64,000 nucleotides of DNA from Camelus ferus. Lineage: Eukaryota. This document shows, in pieces, positions 42,323-55,939 of the stretch. The position numbers were made by a program, and so were the translations under genes. The notes beneath the pieces are model-generated. The model did no database searches and had not been told where the DNA came from. It saw only the letters and a program-made list of their open reading frames with translations. The DNA is taken from NCBI RefSeq assembly GCF_009834535.1, contig NC_045697.1, positions 31,870,001-31,934,000 on the forward strand. Reading direction: 5' to 3'. Numbering within the stretch: position 1 is the stretch's first letter; the number at the start of each line of letters is the position of its first letter.

Positions 42323-42748
42323 AAATCAGTTCTATTTATTAAAGAAAGAGATAACTCAGATCCAGTATAATCTGTAGACTATTTTCCTGACCCTTAACAA
42401 GGTCACAAGATTTCTTGACATCTCTGATAACACAGTGATGAATGGTATCACCAGTGCTCCACTAATACTATTTTCCCTGAATTCCAATAAAGACACCAGA
42501 AAGCTGAGTACTTTTCCCCCCAATCTTTAGTTTCTGTGATTTTTCTGAAAAATCATTTTGAATGTTCCCCATAGTGATAATCTAAAATCAAAAGGTACAA
42601 ATTTTCTCAAAAAATTCAAAAACAATGAGAGCCCAACAATTATTCTATCCTCAGGGTCACACAGTTCCCTTTATGTGAGGCATAATCTGAAATAGTCCAG
42701 TAGATAGTGGAAAATGGTCCCTTTCTATTTTCTCTTCCAAAATTAACA
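42323..42748 (-). pseudogene. Fossil exon: kinase N-lobe (Gly-rich loop and VAIK-like Lys)
   Basis: Acceptor tatgcag|TG at 42748. LILEEKI[G]KGPFSTIY[x]GLFQIMPHIK is restored by a 1-nt and a 2-nt deletion. Weaker QLSGVF, IVLVEHW and SLQIILDL matches follow. Donor TTT|gtaaat at 42323 gives a 110-nt intron to 42212. Confidence 0.6.
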
Positions 42749-43329
42749 CTGCATATTTTAAAGAGTATATTTGGTGCTACAGAAGCAGTGTACTTTCACA
42801 AATATTTTAGGAATATCTGTGTGCCAAGCACTAGACTGACATCATAAAAACCCAAATAACACATTCAATAATTCAATTAAGATAATAACATATAAAGCAT
42901 CCTATCAATGAAAAGCACTAATCCAAACAATAATTTTTAATACTATAAGAAAAGCAAAAGCATTTCACAAATAGGTACATTCAGTAAATGGAACAAATTA
43001 AAATAAAATGGCCTAAATAGTAATATTCTTAACAAACTTGTAAAAGTAGAATAGCCATTTAAATTTCAATTTACTTTGCAAAATTAATTTCTGTTTTCTA
43101 TGAAAAAAAACTTTTTTTTAATGTAACATGGATGCAGTTTTTTTTTCTATTTAAATAGCTATCTACATTTATTATTACAGTACTATTATATCTTTTTTCC
43201 TTTGGTAAACTATTAAATAGCACCTTAAGATCAATGAAACATAGTATATATGTATGTTTTCTATTTTGGGGGGCAAACACTAATTTACCATTTCCTTGTA
43301 TTTTAACACATATTTGAAAAATAATGTCC

Positions 43330-44215
43330 CCTGTAAGAATGGTCAAAATCTTAACACTGACACCACCAAGTGTTGGTGAGAATGAGTAGCAACCGGAACT
43401 CTCATTCATCGTTGGTGGGAATATAAAATGAATCAGCCACTTTGGGAAACAGTCTGTCAATTCCTTACAAGATTAAACATACTCTTACTACATAATCCAG
43501 CAATCACATTCCTTGGTATTTACCCAAAGAAACTGAAAAACGTGTATCTACACAAAACTTGCATGCAGATGTTTTATAGCAGCTTTATTCTAACTGCCCA
43601 AACCTGGAAGCAACCAAGATAAGCCTTGTAAGGTGAAAGTACCAATAAGCTGTGGTACATCCAGACAATGAAATACATTATTCAGCACTAAAACTAAGTG
43701 AACTATCAAGCTGTGAAAAGACATGGAGGAAACTTAAATGCATACTACTAAATGAAAGAAGCCAATCTGAAAAGGCTACATACTGTATGATCCCAACTAT
43801 ATGGCATTCTAGAATAGGTGACACTCTGGAGACAGCAGAAAGATAAGTGGTTGTCAGGGGTTTGGGAGCGGGAAGAGATGAATAGACAGCACAGAGGATT
43901 TTCAGTGCAGTGAAAATATTCTGTACGATACTGTAGTGTTGGATACATGCCATTATACCTTTTTCCAAAACCCCCAAATGAATATACACCACCAAGAGTG
44001 AACCATAATGTAAACTATGGATTATGGGTGATTGTTATGTGTCAGTGTAGGTTCAAGTGCAACAAATTTACTACTATGGTGAAAGATGTTGATAATGGGG
44101 GAGGCCATGCACATGTAGGGATAAGGGTTATATGGGAAATCTCTGTATCCTTCCCTTAAATTTTGCTGTGAACCTAAAACTGCTCTAAAAATATAAAGTT
44201 TAAATAAATAAAAAC
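43330..44215 (+). mobile_element. L1MC-type 3' end (in an intron of the fossil gene)
   Basis: ORFs 43428 and 43652 are L1 ORF2 tail-like. L1MC-type 3'UTR (accaagagtgaaccataatgtaaactatgg; ttttgctgtgaacctaaaactgctctaaaa). Confidence 0.9.
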
Positions 44216-44769
44216 TAGCAATGTCCCTCTTATATGGCTACCATAAAAGCATCTTGAATAAAGATTGTATTTATTAATAACTTATAAATAGAACACTATA
44301 CCTACTTCTTCCTAGACAAAGCTTTCCAGATGCTAATAGGAACATACGTCTTAGACTCTTTATAGTCCAAGAGACTATATTTATCTTATATATTTAAGCA
44401 TGAGAAAAGCCCAATTTTTCATGATGCATTTGAGACTTGCATTTGTGCAATGTCTTTTGAACACATCTGAGTAATTCCACAGAAAAACCTATGACTCTTC
44501 AAGGAATTTTTTACCTGTGGCAATTAGAGGTGGTCCTAATTTTTAAAGGACACAGTAGATTCAGTATCCCTTTATTATGTAACTGGTGTCTCCATGTGTG
44601 AGCCTGCCATTAGACTGAACTAGTTGCAGTCAAGAACCATCTTAGTTATCTCTTTCCCTTCACAAAGAGCACAGTGTCCAGTACAGAGTATGTCAATGTC
44701 AAGAAGACATGTGTGGAATGAGCTACAATGGGAAATACACACACGAAAATGTGTATACAAGAAACATAC

Positions 44770-45000
44770 ATGAAGATGCTGCAGGAATAATAAAAGGATG
44801 CTGGGTCCAAAGTGTCTCTTTGTCTGTGATCAGAAGGGGATCTGACCTCTTTGTTTCTCACAAATAGTCTTTCAGGGCTCCTTCTGTTTCGGAATTAGAA
44901 GATGGTACTTTTCAGTTATATGTATCACCCAGAATGGATCTGGATTCCTGCAGGAACATAGTGAAGTCTCTATCTTTTTGAATTCCTTCACTCTGATGAC
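44770..45000 (-). pseudogene. Fossil exon (231 nt, phase 1-1): end of strumpellin-like repeat 3 and pre-kinase linker
   Basis: cag|GT...CAT|gtatgt. Translates GHQSEGIQKDRDFTMFLQESRSILGDTYN*KVPSSNSETEGALKDYL*ETKRSDPLLITDKETLWTQHPFIIPAASS. Both stops are TGA. Confidence 0.7.
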
Positions 45001-45128
45001 CTGCCCAATTTTTTAAATAAAATTAACCAAAATAAATCAGGAAGAAAAGCATCATCACTACCAATGACTTTGCTACATTTTTGTTTTGTTTTAGCAGAAA
45101 TAAGGTATGAATACATATTAAAAATCAC

Positions 45129-45411
45129 CTCAGGGGAAGAGCTGACAGCTGTAGGAAACAGCTCCCTGGAGAACTTCCCTAGAACTTGCTTCCTGATAGT
45201 CGTCCTGACAGCTCCAGTGTGAAACAAACTCCCTCAACCGACTGAACTCTACAAGTGTGGAGAAGGGCTATCACGCCCTTCTGGAGTTCACACCCCCTGG
45301 GTCTGTATCCAGGTGACAAAAAGTTACCTTCTTTAAGACAGGTGACAACATTTCTGGTCTGAATAACCCTCACTGGATCTGGAAGAATAAACTACAACAC
45401 AGAAGTCAGAC
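45129..45411 (-). pseudogene. Fossil exon (283 nt, phase 0-1): strumpellin-like repeat 3
   Basis: tttcatttcag|G...TGAG|gtgatt, GC-richer than its flanks. Translates V*LLCCSLFFQIQ*GLFRPEMLSPVLKKV...PFSTLVEFSRLREFVSHW. STL..F....EF echoes repeat 1 DSTLRSYALNLEFF. Confidence 0.6.
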
Positions 45412-47524
45412 CTGAAATGAAATATATATTAAATGACAGCAAATAAAATAACAGGTGAATGGACCTTTTGAAAAAGCCATTTATCTCATGTAATAGACAG
45501 CCTATAAAGGTGAAAACATGGTGAAACAGATAGAGTTTAAAAACTTGATCCAAGTTTTGAATGGCAATAAAATCTCATTTTAACTTTATTATTCTAAGCA
45601 TCTTTGAAAACTGCCATGAAGCTAGGTAAGAAATATAAACATCACTAAGCTTTCTTGAGACATACATTAATTAGGTGTCATTTTTCCCCATTACAGATGT
45701 GAATGGACACACGCTTGTGGAAATTTATAAAAACCAGCAAAGTGTGGCTAATAACTGCTGGTAATACATAATGCATACGATAACTGCATATATATGAATA
45801 TAATAGCTGTAGCCATATAAAGGATGCTAATAACTGCATCACCTAAAGATAAGCATTGCTAAAATTCTTATCTAACACTGGAACAGATGTTTGCAAGAGT
45901 CATCTCAGTCTCATTTTCTAAAAGAAACTCTTCCTCATTTCTCTTCAAAAAGTAGGCATGTCATCATGGTTTGCTGCCCACCAAGTCTTCTTCCACGTAG
46001 CAACATTCTCACATAATGAATGTGCTATTTCCTCTGAAAATTTAAAGTGAAACAGCAAGCTATAGTGTGTTCCTTTCTTCTTGCATAAAAATGTGGTGGG
46101 TATTTTTAAAAATAACTGACTCATCTGTTTTTAATATGTAACAGAAATTCAGAATTGTCTAAAATGACCTACAGAGGTGTAGGGTAACATACTGTTTTGC
46201 ATTATAATTAGATTTTCCCACTTATGCATAAATTAGAAGAGATTATAGTACTCCAAAGGTCTGGTATTTATTAGAGACATAGTTTCTGCTTCAGTTTCCT
46301 ACTCATGACTTTTATGGCTAGTAATATAAGATAATAATAAATGTAAAGCACCTTCCAAAATGGATCTAATTCCAATCATACTATCAGAAAAAAGATTATA
46401 TTCACATATTTTATGAGAAAATTATTCTCTGTGTTGCCATCTCTTTTTAAATGAAAACTTATCCGAAAGAGTCTACTAAAAGATTGCAGAAAAAAGTAAT
46501 TGGCTTTGCAATCTGATTGCAACAAGGTAAAATACTATCCTATGTGATAGCTAGCAGAAAAAAAATTAAACATTGTTATGGTATGTTTTATAAATGCTCA
46601 GTTCAAATCACTTCTACACTAGTAAAGATTATCAACAAGGATTTCTAAATGTTTTTCAAGTTTTTTTAAATAGGCTGAAAGAAAGCAAACGTTCTTTAAA
46701 TCAGCAGGTTGTTAGCAGAAAGAGTACAGTGTTCCAAAATCTTGGCTGCAAGACAAATACAAATTCAGGTTACAAATTAATAATGCAACACGTATGAAGT
46801 CATGCTGCTGATACTTCACAAACACTAAGTTGTGGCAGGGCACAGGCAATCAGTCCAGCCTCCAGCACTGCCCTGTGCACTGAGAAGACATCATTAACGA
46901 ACCTGAGGCACCTGAATTTTGAATCTGTCTATAAATATTCCAAGGGATCGTCTACACTCCTAGTTGTATGAGAATCCATTTTTCCCTATCACAGCCTTTT
47001 TGTTTTCTCTAAGCCCAAGAAGTATAAAACAAAAATAAGGAAAGGTGAGTGAGTGGTAAACAGATCATTCTAGGTGTGGTAAAGATTGAAATGTCTGACA
47101 CAGAGAACATTTTCAATAAATATCTGTTGATGAAGTAAAAAACATGGGATCAAGATAATATTAGGAGGAGTAGAAGGCCTGCATTTTAACAATATTTTCC
47201 CTAACCCTAATTTTGCTTCTTAGTATGGAACTATTATTTAATGTTTAGATCAAATATTGTATCCTCACTTTCCTCTTAAATAACTTGCCAAAGATTACAT
47301 GGTTAGTAACTTGGATATTAAAACACATGTCTCCCTAGATCCAAAACCTGTGGCTTTTTCTAATACCCTTTAAACATCACGTTACGTTATCAAAAATAGT
47401 ATAACTTGAATTCCAGTCTCCTTAGTTTATGCTTTGCCAGCTGCATAGACCATATGCCAAAATAAATAATTTTAAAAAATCAGTTTCACGAATTGGAATA
47501 TGGAAGCCCTAATCACAAAGGTAT

Positions 47525-47690
47525 TTATATCCCTATTATTCAAAGTGTAAAACATGGACTGCTATTACCTGGAAGCCTTTTAAAAATGTAGAGTTTCAGG
47601 CCCACCCTAAACTTATGCATCAGAAATGACATTTTCACAAGATGACCAGGTAATTCATAGGCACACTCAATTTTAAGAACATTACTATAT
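47525..47690. mobile_element. MER5A/B-like DNA transposon
   Basis: tcaggcccaccctaaac...catcagaaatgacattttcacaagatgaccaggtaattcataggcacactcaattttaagaac. Confidence 0.7.
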
Positions 47691-48059
47691 ATAATTAATT
47701 ATCCATCTACTAACATATCTAAATGAAGGATCATGTGGAATATTCATATCAAATGACCAGAGCATAGTGTTGGGAAAAATTAACATTCTAGAAAATGGAA
47801 TTAAGATTCCCAAAGATCTGGGTAGGCGTAAACCTGACGCAAGACCAACAAATGCCTACATTTTGTTAAATGGCCTACTATGTGCTGTTCACAGTGCTAA
47901 CTTTTTTTTAATCTTATTTAAAAAAATGAAGCAATGGTTACAACCCTATTTTATAGATGACAAAAAATGAAGGGTAAAGAATTTTTTAAAAATAGGCCTG
48001 AAATTTAGGCCCGTTTGACCCCTAAAGCCCTGTGTTTTCCCTCTGTGATGCATCTTGTA

Positions 48060-49225
48060 TTTTAGATTTTAAAAATCCTATCTGTATATGAGAAGATAAA
48101 GCTAAATGGTAGCTTATGTTTAAAAAAAAAAAAAAGACCTGAGAATTGTAATGGACAATAAATTTAAGCAAAGTACACAGTGTAACATAGCACTTAAAAT
48201 AATATATGCACCCCTAGAAGTATCATGCCCCTATTTTGGTATGATCATCAAATTAGCCTGTATCTTCAACACTACCTTAGTTATATTTTTTAAAAAGTGG
48301 ATCAGAGGCTGAGTTTGGCTACACATAACAAAACCCCTAATAGTAGCTGCAACAAGTTAGTGAATTCTTTTTCTCTCACATCAAGTGCAATTCAAAGAAG
48401 GTATGCCAGTTCCACAACGTAATCTGAGATCCGCTGTCCTTCAGTATTCCTGTTCGGCCACTCTTAAGCAAGGGCTTGTTGCCTCATTAAGACAAGATGA
48501 CGGACCCATCTCTTTTTTCTGAATTACAGTCAGAAAAAAAAAGGGTAAAAAGAAAAGGTCCATCAATGTGAGTCGATTCCCATGCAAAGGCATTTTCAGG
48601 GAGAATATATATCCAACATTTTCTACTTAAACGTGATTGGCCAGAAGATACGTGAATGGCTATCTTGGCGAGCTAAGGAGTGTGAATTTTTATTGGATTT
48701 GTCTTTAATAAAACTAGCCTTCTGTTAGTAAAGAAAAAAATGAATTTTAATAGGCAACAAGTACTCTCTGCCACAGATCATTGAAAAAAGGAGGGCGAGA
48801 AAGAAAAGAAAAAGACAAGCCTCTAATTAACAAATTAGATTATCTTCAATAGAAGGCAAGAACCAGAAAAGCTAGGATATCTGAAAACCCAAAAGATATA
48901 AAGAATGCTTAAAAATACCACGGACGTTTCAACATGAGAGAGTGACTTGACAGCCGTCTTCAAATATATGATGAATTATTTAACCATAGCAGCCAAAAAC
49001 AAGAATGATTAAGAGCTATTAAGGGAGAGCATTGGACTCAACGTAAGAAAGGATATTTTTATTAAGCATTAACCAATCAAAGCCAGTGGAGAAGTTCTTC
49101 ATCCCTAAAGAATTTCACCACGATCTGGATGAATGTTCGTTAGGGATACTGTAGAAGGGCTATTTGTCTAAGTGGAAGATCAGATTAGGAGAAGATGAAG
49201 ACGCCTTCCAAGCCTGTGTTCAGGT
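48060..49225 (+). mobile_element. L3/CR1 remnant interrupted by an MLT LTR (about 48300-48775, minus)
   Basis: CR1-like gacctgagaattgtaatggacaataaatttaa and a 3' end (cagccgtcttcaaatat...ccttccaagcctgtgttc). The MLT ends in ctctctgccaca. Confidence 0.55.
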
Positions 49226-50214
49226 TCCAGTCATGATGATCACATGCTTTCTTTGCATATTATGCCCAGAATTAAGCAAAGTTATGAATTTAGACTTTAG
49301 CTCGCTCATCTATATCTGTTGTCTAAAACTTACCTGCTATCCTATGGGAAATGCCCAAACACTCTCACATTGTGAATTCATCCTGTACTTGTTAGTGCAA
49401 CATCATTTTCAAGATGAATATCACTTATAGAAAATAATTTAGTACTAGATGTATATGTTTTCAATGTTTTGTCAAATGCAACATATATTTATTGGAGTTC
49501 AATACACCATCATTGTGATGTCAGATTACAAACACAATGTGAATCTTTATTTAAAAAAAAAATAGACCCCTGGGAATAACACAAGATTACCTCCATTGTA
49601 ATACATTTTCCAATTAACTGCATAATTAACTTTCTAACCCCAAGAGAAAACACTCTAATTTAAGCTGCATATCAGCCTATGCTTTTTATTATATCAACTG
49701 ACATGATAAGCAAAGTAGAAATTATTATGAAATAGGCCACAATGTTTACATAATTTTTTCAGACTCATAAATGTTTCACTCATAAATCGATGTACCTAAA
49801 TAAAAATCTCTGATCAAAATCATTAAAATTAAAATAGTATAGAAGTTCAGTGCATAACAGTTTAAAGAGACCCAGAGGACAGATTTATTAAATACAAAAA
49901 GGTCAATGTCACTTCCTTAAGCAATTACAAACTTGGGAAAACAGAAAACTTTTAGTCATCTATTGCTTATTTCCATATACTGAAATACATTTCTTATCTA
50001 TTTTTCATATTATTAAATTGTTATTATATGTAGATATAAACTTTGCCCATTATATGCAGGTGCTCTTTTATATATAATTCAGTGATCCACATTTATAAGT
50101 TAAATAAAACTTTCCATGGGTCAAGGTGAGAAAAGAACATTTAAGTATCTGTAATGTCTCATGGCTAGATGTGGCAACAAAACTTTCAAACTGATGTTAC
50201 TGTAGTACAACCAA

Positions 50215-50248
50215 TCATTTATCAATCAATCAATCAATCAATCAATCA
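50215..50248. repeat. (ATCA)n microsatellite
   Basis: Directly visible. Confidence 0.9.
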
Positions 50249-51108
50249 AGTGCTGGTTAAGCACTAAACCTATGCCCACAAAAGAGATTCTATTACAATA
50301 AACCCTCTTCTTTTCCTCTAAAAAAGTAGTGTGTCCCATATTCAGACAGTTCATTAAGAAAATTATCTAAACCTCATTTCTGGCTTAATAGATTGTATGC
50401 TAATCAGAACCTATCAGAAAGAGTAATATGTAAATAGGAAAGGAGTAAATAAGGAAAAACAATGTGGAATTTGATCCATTCTTTGTTCAACATCTGTATG
50501 ATTTGGTATTGAGATATTTTATTCTGTATATATTTTAGTTTAAAATTATGGATGCATATTTTGAAAAGGTTGTAATGTTTACATGGATAAATATACTATT
50601 AAATGAGAGTAAAAAGGCTTATATTTATGCACACATCTTATATAATGTTTATGGCCTATTCCTTACAAAGTTAAAGATAAAAATAAACACAGATTGGAAT
50701 TTTAAAATAAAGTAACATACTAATCGATAACAAAAATGCAGACTATTCAATAACATTCTCTAAGACACTAGAAGTTTTTTTTTAAATAAAATATGAAGAA
50801 ATAAATGTTGAATCACTGACCCAAAATAGCACATTAATCCTATTCTGTGCAGGAGTGGCAATTGTTGATATAGAGCATCGAAAGAACATAACTGTATTGA
50901 ATAATGACTTTAATCAAATACCAGACAAATAATGTTAACATTACTCTGACTCATTTTTGACAAACAAAATGGAAGAATTTTACATCTTACATTTACAAGC
51001 AGGTGTTTGAACTCCTAAATTAATTTCAATTTCAACACTATCTTAGTCACAATAATTTAAAAGCAATTTTTCACAGAATTTAAAGCCTCTTAAAGGGAAG
51101 ATATATAC

Positions 51109-51169
51109 CTTACAAATTGTATTCTTCTGAGCATCGACAATATTCTGGAAATCCAGTAAAATCTTTCAG
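51109..51169 (-). pseudogene. Small fossil exon (strumpellin-like repeat 3)
   Basis: Ends AAG|gtatat in phase 0, matching the phase-0 start at 45411. KILLDFQNIVDAQKNTICK|V ~ WASHC5 KIWTAYLEAIMKV. Confidence 0.45.
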
Positions 51170-52663
51170 CTATATTTAATTATCTTACTCATAAAATATT
51201 CAGCAATTCATACTATTAGAATTATATAGCTGAGATAAAATGAAGCTAACTATGACTTTTCCCAAGTTAGATAATAAGTTTCACAGAGCTATTCCCATAA
51301 TGTCTTTTTCCCAATTCTCAACATTTGATTCTTAAAATATGTTTATATTAATTGCATCTATTAAAATAATAATAATATGAACTACAGTTACTTAACAGAG
51401 TATTGAATCTTTGAAGGCAGTGCAATCATAGGATTTGAGACTTCTAAGTCCTTGAGGAGATCCTTCAAAAAGAAAAGTAGAAAAAAAAAGAGCTGCATAT
51501 TCTTTAGAAGCATAGGGCCTGGTATCACTAAACTAGATCCAATCAAGAAGAAATACAATCTTTATTTGCAGGTACTACTATACCTGACATTTTAGAGATC
51601 AATTTGAAACTTAATTATATGTAGCCCAGTGAAATAAATAGATTGATCGTATACTTGCTGCCTTTATAATAGAGACTTCGTGAATAACCTAACTTTGGAT
51701 ATAGAAACAGCCTTACTTAGTACATAATTTCCAGACCAAGAAACACTAAGTGTAATGAAGTGTTGCTGAACTGAGTGATTTTTAGTGCTATAATAAAAAA
51801 AGGCACCAGGATGTTTTATGAATAATCAAAATATTAAAATGAGAATAAAAGTACAAAATTTTAATACATAATTCAGCAAGGTAAGGTCTAACGTCTCCTG
51901 ATACGGTTGAAACCATGGCTATTGCTGGCTAATCACTTTCAGGGAAAAAAACAAAAAAACTACTTCACCATCATAGGCTTTCTATCCTATCATTAAAATG
52001 TAAACTCTGAAATGTTACAGTTACTAGTCTTACACTGACTGTACTATAAAGCGAGTGATCAGATTCACAAGGAATCCAACATAATTAATTACCATCGATG
52101 TGCAGAGACACTGCAAATACAATTAATGACATGTTTCAATTAGTAATCCTATTTTAATTTCAGAAAATCTTTTGATCTGATCAGTCCAGTGTTGTCAGGA
52201 ATTTGTTTTTCTTTTTCCTGGTGTATTCTTGTGTATGTAATTATATATGAGTCAATTATTTTCTGGATTTGGCAGAAAAGATTAGCTCTGAGAAACCCTC
52301 CCTACTGAATTGAACGTAAAGAATAGATCACATCATTGGTTTTCTAAAACAGGGCTATTCTAAACTCATCATTCGCGCACTTCTACATCCCTGATTCCTC
52401 ATTCCTTTGTATTATTTTCATACAGGTCTGAGTTTTAGGCTTGGTGATTTGTCTTAAGGTAAATAATTTTCTAAGATCTCTTCTTTACAGACCCAGTTAG
52501 ACCCTCACATTCTTCCATAAATAAGGTTCCAATCAATCTCTTAAATCACAGACATAAACAGCCTTTTGTTCCAATATCCTTTCTCCATCATTTTCCTCCT
52601 CCAAAATTTTAAAAATTATTTTACATCCAGTTTAAATGATAATAAGGCCAGTATCTACTATAA

Positions 52664-53096
<433 letters not shown>

Positions 53097-54459
53097 GCCC
53101 ACCTCCAAATTACTTTCCATAATAGGAGGAGCTCCTTTCACCACAAAGGTAGATAATCTCCCCGTCTACACATTACATCCATACCAGTCAGATGGAAATG
53201 AAAACTGCTCATTCCACCTCAAATTATATTTACATATAGCAAATATAAAACTATTCACATTAACTTTAAAGAAGTTAGATTTTGAAATCCAAGGGTCACC
53301 AATGTATACCACAGTGTGTCCATCACCCATCCCCTTCGCCAATCAGATGAAAACCTGTCATTACAATGTTGCAACCCAAGTGAAACATACGGTATTTAAC
53401 ATCCAACAAAACGTGGCATTACCAAACAAATCCAAAGGGAGGGGATTAAAATAAATGTGCTCTAAAGTATGAACCTGAGATGCAAGTAATTCAGGGTCTG
53501 CAAAACAAAAGGCCAAGATAATTTATTTACATCTCTAAACCCCTAACTTGAATTTTAAAAGCTGAATGCTTTATTTTTATTCTTCCTGGTTTCCTCATTG
53601 GCGTTCTGTAGTCTCATGTCTCCTCACAGAGGATAGTTAACTGGGCGGATCTAAGTGCCCTGATTTAATGACACCTGTGGTCAAAGAGCTCACTAATTTT
53701 TTTTTTTTTTTTTGAGATACCTATCAGAAATAAAGGATCACAATTATTCTATCATTTTCCCCTCTCAGCTCCAAAACCCACTTCTCTTTTGAGTTTTAGG
53801 CGTTTTGATTTATGGCTTTTTAAAAGTTAGATAAAATGTACCTGTGGGGATAGATGTATTTTCAGATTTTGAAGTAGTTAAATCTTGGGAGAGCTCAAAA
53901 GATTTTTCACATGATATATTTAGCTCTTTGGGAGCTCTCTGAGAGTGGAGGGGGTATTTTATTTATCTATGTTTCTCAAAATACATTTAGATGCTCAACA
54001 AGTGTGGAGGGTTCTAAGCCAGATGACTCACTTGACTGAACTCTTAAATTGAACTGACTAGACTCTAATTGCATTTGCAAACAGAAAGGCCACTCAAGTC
54101 AGGACCTGAATCACTGGAGATCAATAATTGGTTGTTTTTTTAGGGTACAACAAATACATATGATTAATATTGGTGTTGTCTTTTTCTTCTTTGCAGTGGT
54201 TCACTCATTTTTCAGTGCAATAGTAAATGAAAATTATCCCAGGTATAAAGCTTTAAAAATAACAATAGAAAAGACGGCACTACATATGACTACAGAACTA
54301 ACAACTAAATCATTTTGATGCATCTGGAAAGTAAAGTTTGAAATGTACATGGATGTATGAAGAAAGCGTCACTTCTACCCTATCCTCTGCGGCTTTTAAG
54401 ACTGAAGTTTGCTGTGCATCCCTTTACAACGTTCTTTATACATAAATATGTGTTTCTAT

Positions 54460-54852
54460 ACATACACATCGTAAAACTGATTATTGGATTCTTTTGCTTG
54501 TTGGTGGTGTTTTATATATGCAATGATGTTAGTGGGACAAACAGGTTTGTTCAATGAATGATCCAGATACTGCTCTGAAATTGCCTGGTAAGAGCTAGCT
54601 GCATCAGAGTCTTCCTCCTCTCCCAACAAGGGGTGCTGTGTGATAATCTTCATTTTACCCAAAGCCTCCAGTTGGGGAAGTCGAGTAATAGCTTTTATTT
54701 TCTCAATTACATAAATTATATGTTCTTTTAAACTGATCCAAGCAGTGAAATGTGCATTGAATAAGAGATGAATCCTGCTTCCTTCACCGGTGCAAATCCC
54801 AATCCTCAGGAGTCATCAGTGGCACTTTGGTGCGTATTACACCAGATATCGT
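54460..54852 (-). pseudogene. Fossil exon: strumpellin-like repeat 2
   Basis: 118-codon stop-free frame (54812-54459). LEALGKMKIITQH ~ IMKVGQMQILRQQ. SLNKPV..NIIAY......KESNNQFYDV ~ NLNKALLADIEAHY......KEDNTLLYEI. gtatgt donor near 54465. Confidence 0.6.
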
Positions 54853-55939
54853 CTATGCGTATATAAGCACATGCATCTCTATGTATATTTACATACGTAT
54901 ACACTAGGGACTGCATTCTATGTTCTGTGACTTACTTATGTGACTTAATAGATTGTGGCTATATTTAACTATCAGCTCATAGCTATTTAGGCTATGCTTT
55001 GTAATGGCATCATATTCCATCGTATAAATATATCATGAGTAAATCATTTAAAATTTATATTTAAATGCTTATTATAGAAATAATTCAAGGGAACTATGAA
55101 AAAAAGTAATAAAAATAAAATTAAAGACGTAAAATTTTCCTTCTTTACCCCAGAATCAACCACATTTAGTTTTTTTTTTTTTTTTTAACGTTTTAGGATA
55201 TCTGGAGGTTGTTGCCAAGTATTACACTTAGAATTGTATTATAGAATTCACCAACTTCAGATCTCTATTACTTCTCACCTATAAAAGATGAAAAATTTAA
55301 GAAGTTTATGCAACCTCTCATTTCTCTTGCCCTCTACATCCACATCTTTGTTAGTTAGTAATTTTAATTTCTTCTAGAGTTTGCATTTTTATTTGTTACA
55401 GATCATAATCTCTTTTTTCTAGAATTATCATTTTTAATATTATTTATCTTCCCCTGAGTTAAAAAAGAGGAAACTAGCTACTTAGAGTCTGTCCATCTTT
55501 TCTTCCACTTCCCAAAACCTTTAGGTATAAATTATTACTTTTTTATTGTTAAGGCCTATAAATTTTGCATTCACTTCTATATATATAAATTCTAAAGGTA
55601 ATTTTCTTTATTTCTATAGTTTATTACTAAAAAAATATTTAACCATTGTACAGAGTTTACTACATGATTATATAAGCATTATATAATACCATAGAATCAA
55701 AAAGTGGGATTGAACAAATAGAGATATAAGAATGTATCATTTAAATTCTTGTTACTTAGCTGTCTTCCTCATAAGACTATTTTTGTATTTCATATTGCCT
55801 CTTTTTCCCACCTTTTGCGGGGAGGTTGTTCTTTTAATTTTCTGGAATACTTTCTCAAGTGTTTTTTTTTTTTTTCCATAAAGTAAATATGCATAGTAAA
55901 AATTCTAAGTCATTCTATTTATTAAAAAGCATGTATTTA

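Noticed and set aside
1092..44159. Short ORFs in the track such as 1578, 14211, 16814, 16834, 28532, 36538 and 43098-44159
   Set aside because: They fall inside L1, L2 or MLT remnants or low-complexity DNA; no independent coding evidence.
44514..44534. 21-nt micro-exon candidate (ag|GACCACCTCTAATTGCCACAG|gtaaaa, minus)
   Set aside because: Would create an in-frame TGA and break the FIIP..L.LEEKIG junction; no supporting homology.
44800..44880. Resemblance to a PI3K helical domain or the JAK SH2-linker (LKD.L..ET.RSD)
   Set aside because: Short and not supported by flanking blocks; the WASHC5 LEDYVRYTK match is better and collinear.
45179..45373. Listed ORFs RVIQTRNVVTCLKEG (45179-45373) and FHTGAVRTT (44988-45227), and a Tudor-like reading NPDPFWVI at 44.9 kb
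   Set aside because: These are alternative frames of the fossil exons. They do not give consistent splice phases with the kinase exon or match the repeated motifs.
53585..53660. ATTGG and GGGCGG motifs suggesting a promoter
   Set aside because: No CpG island or associated transcript structure; such motifs are common by chance.
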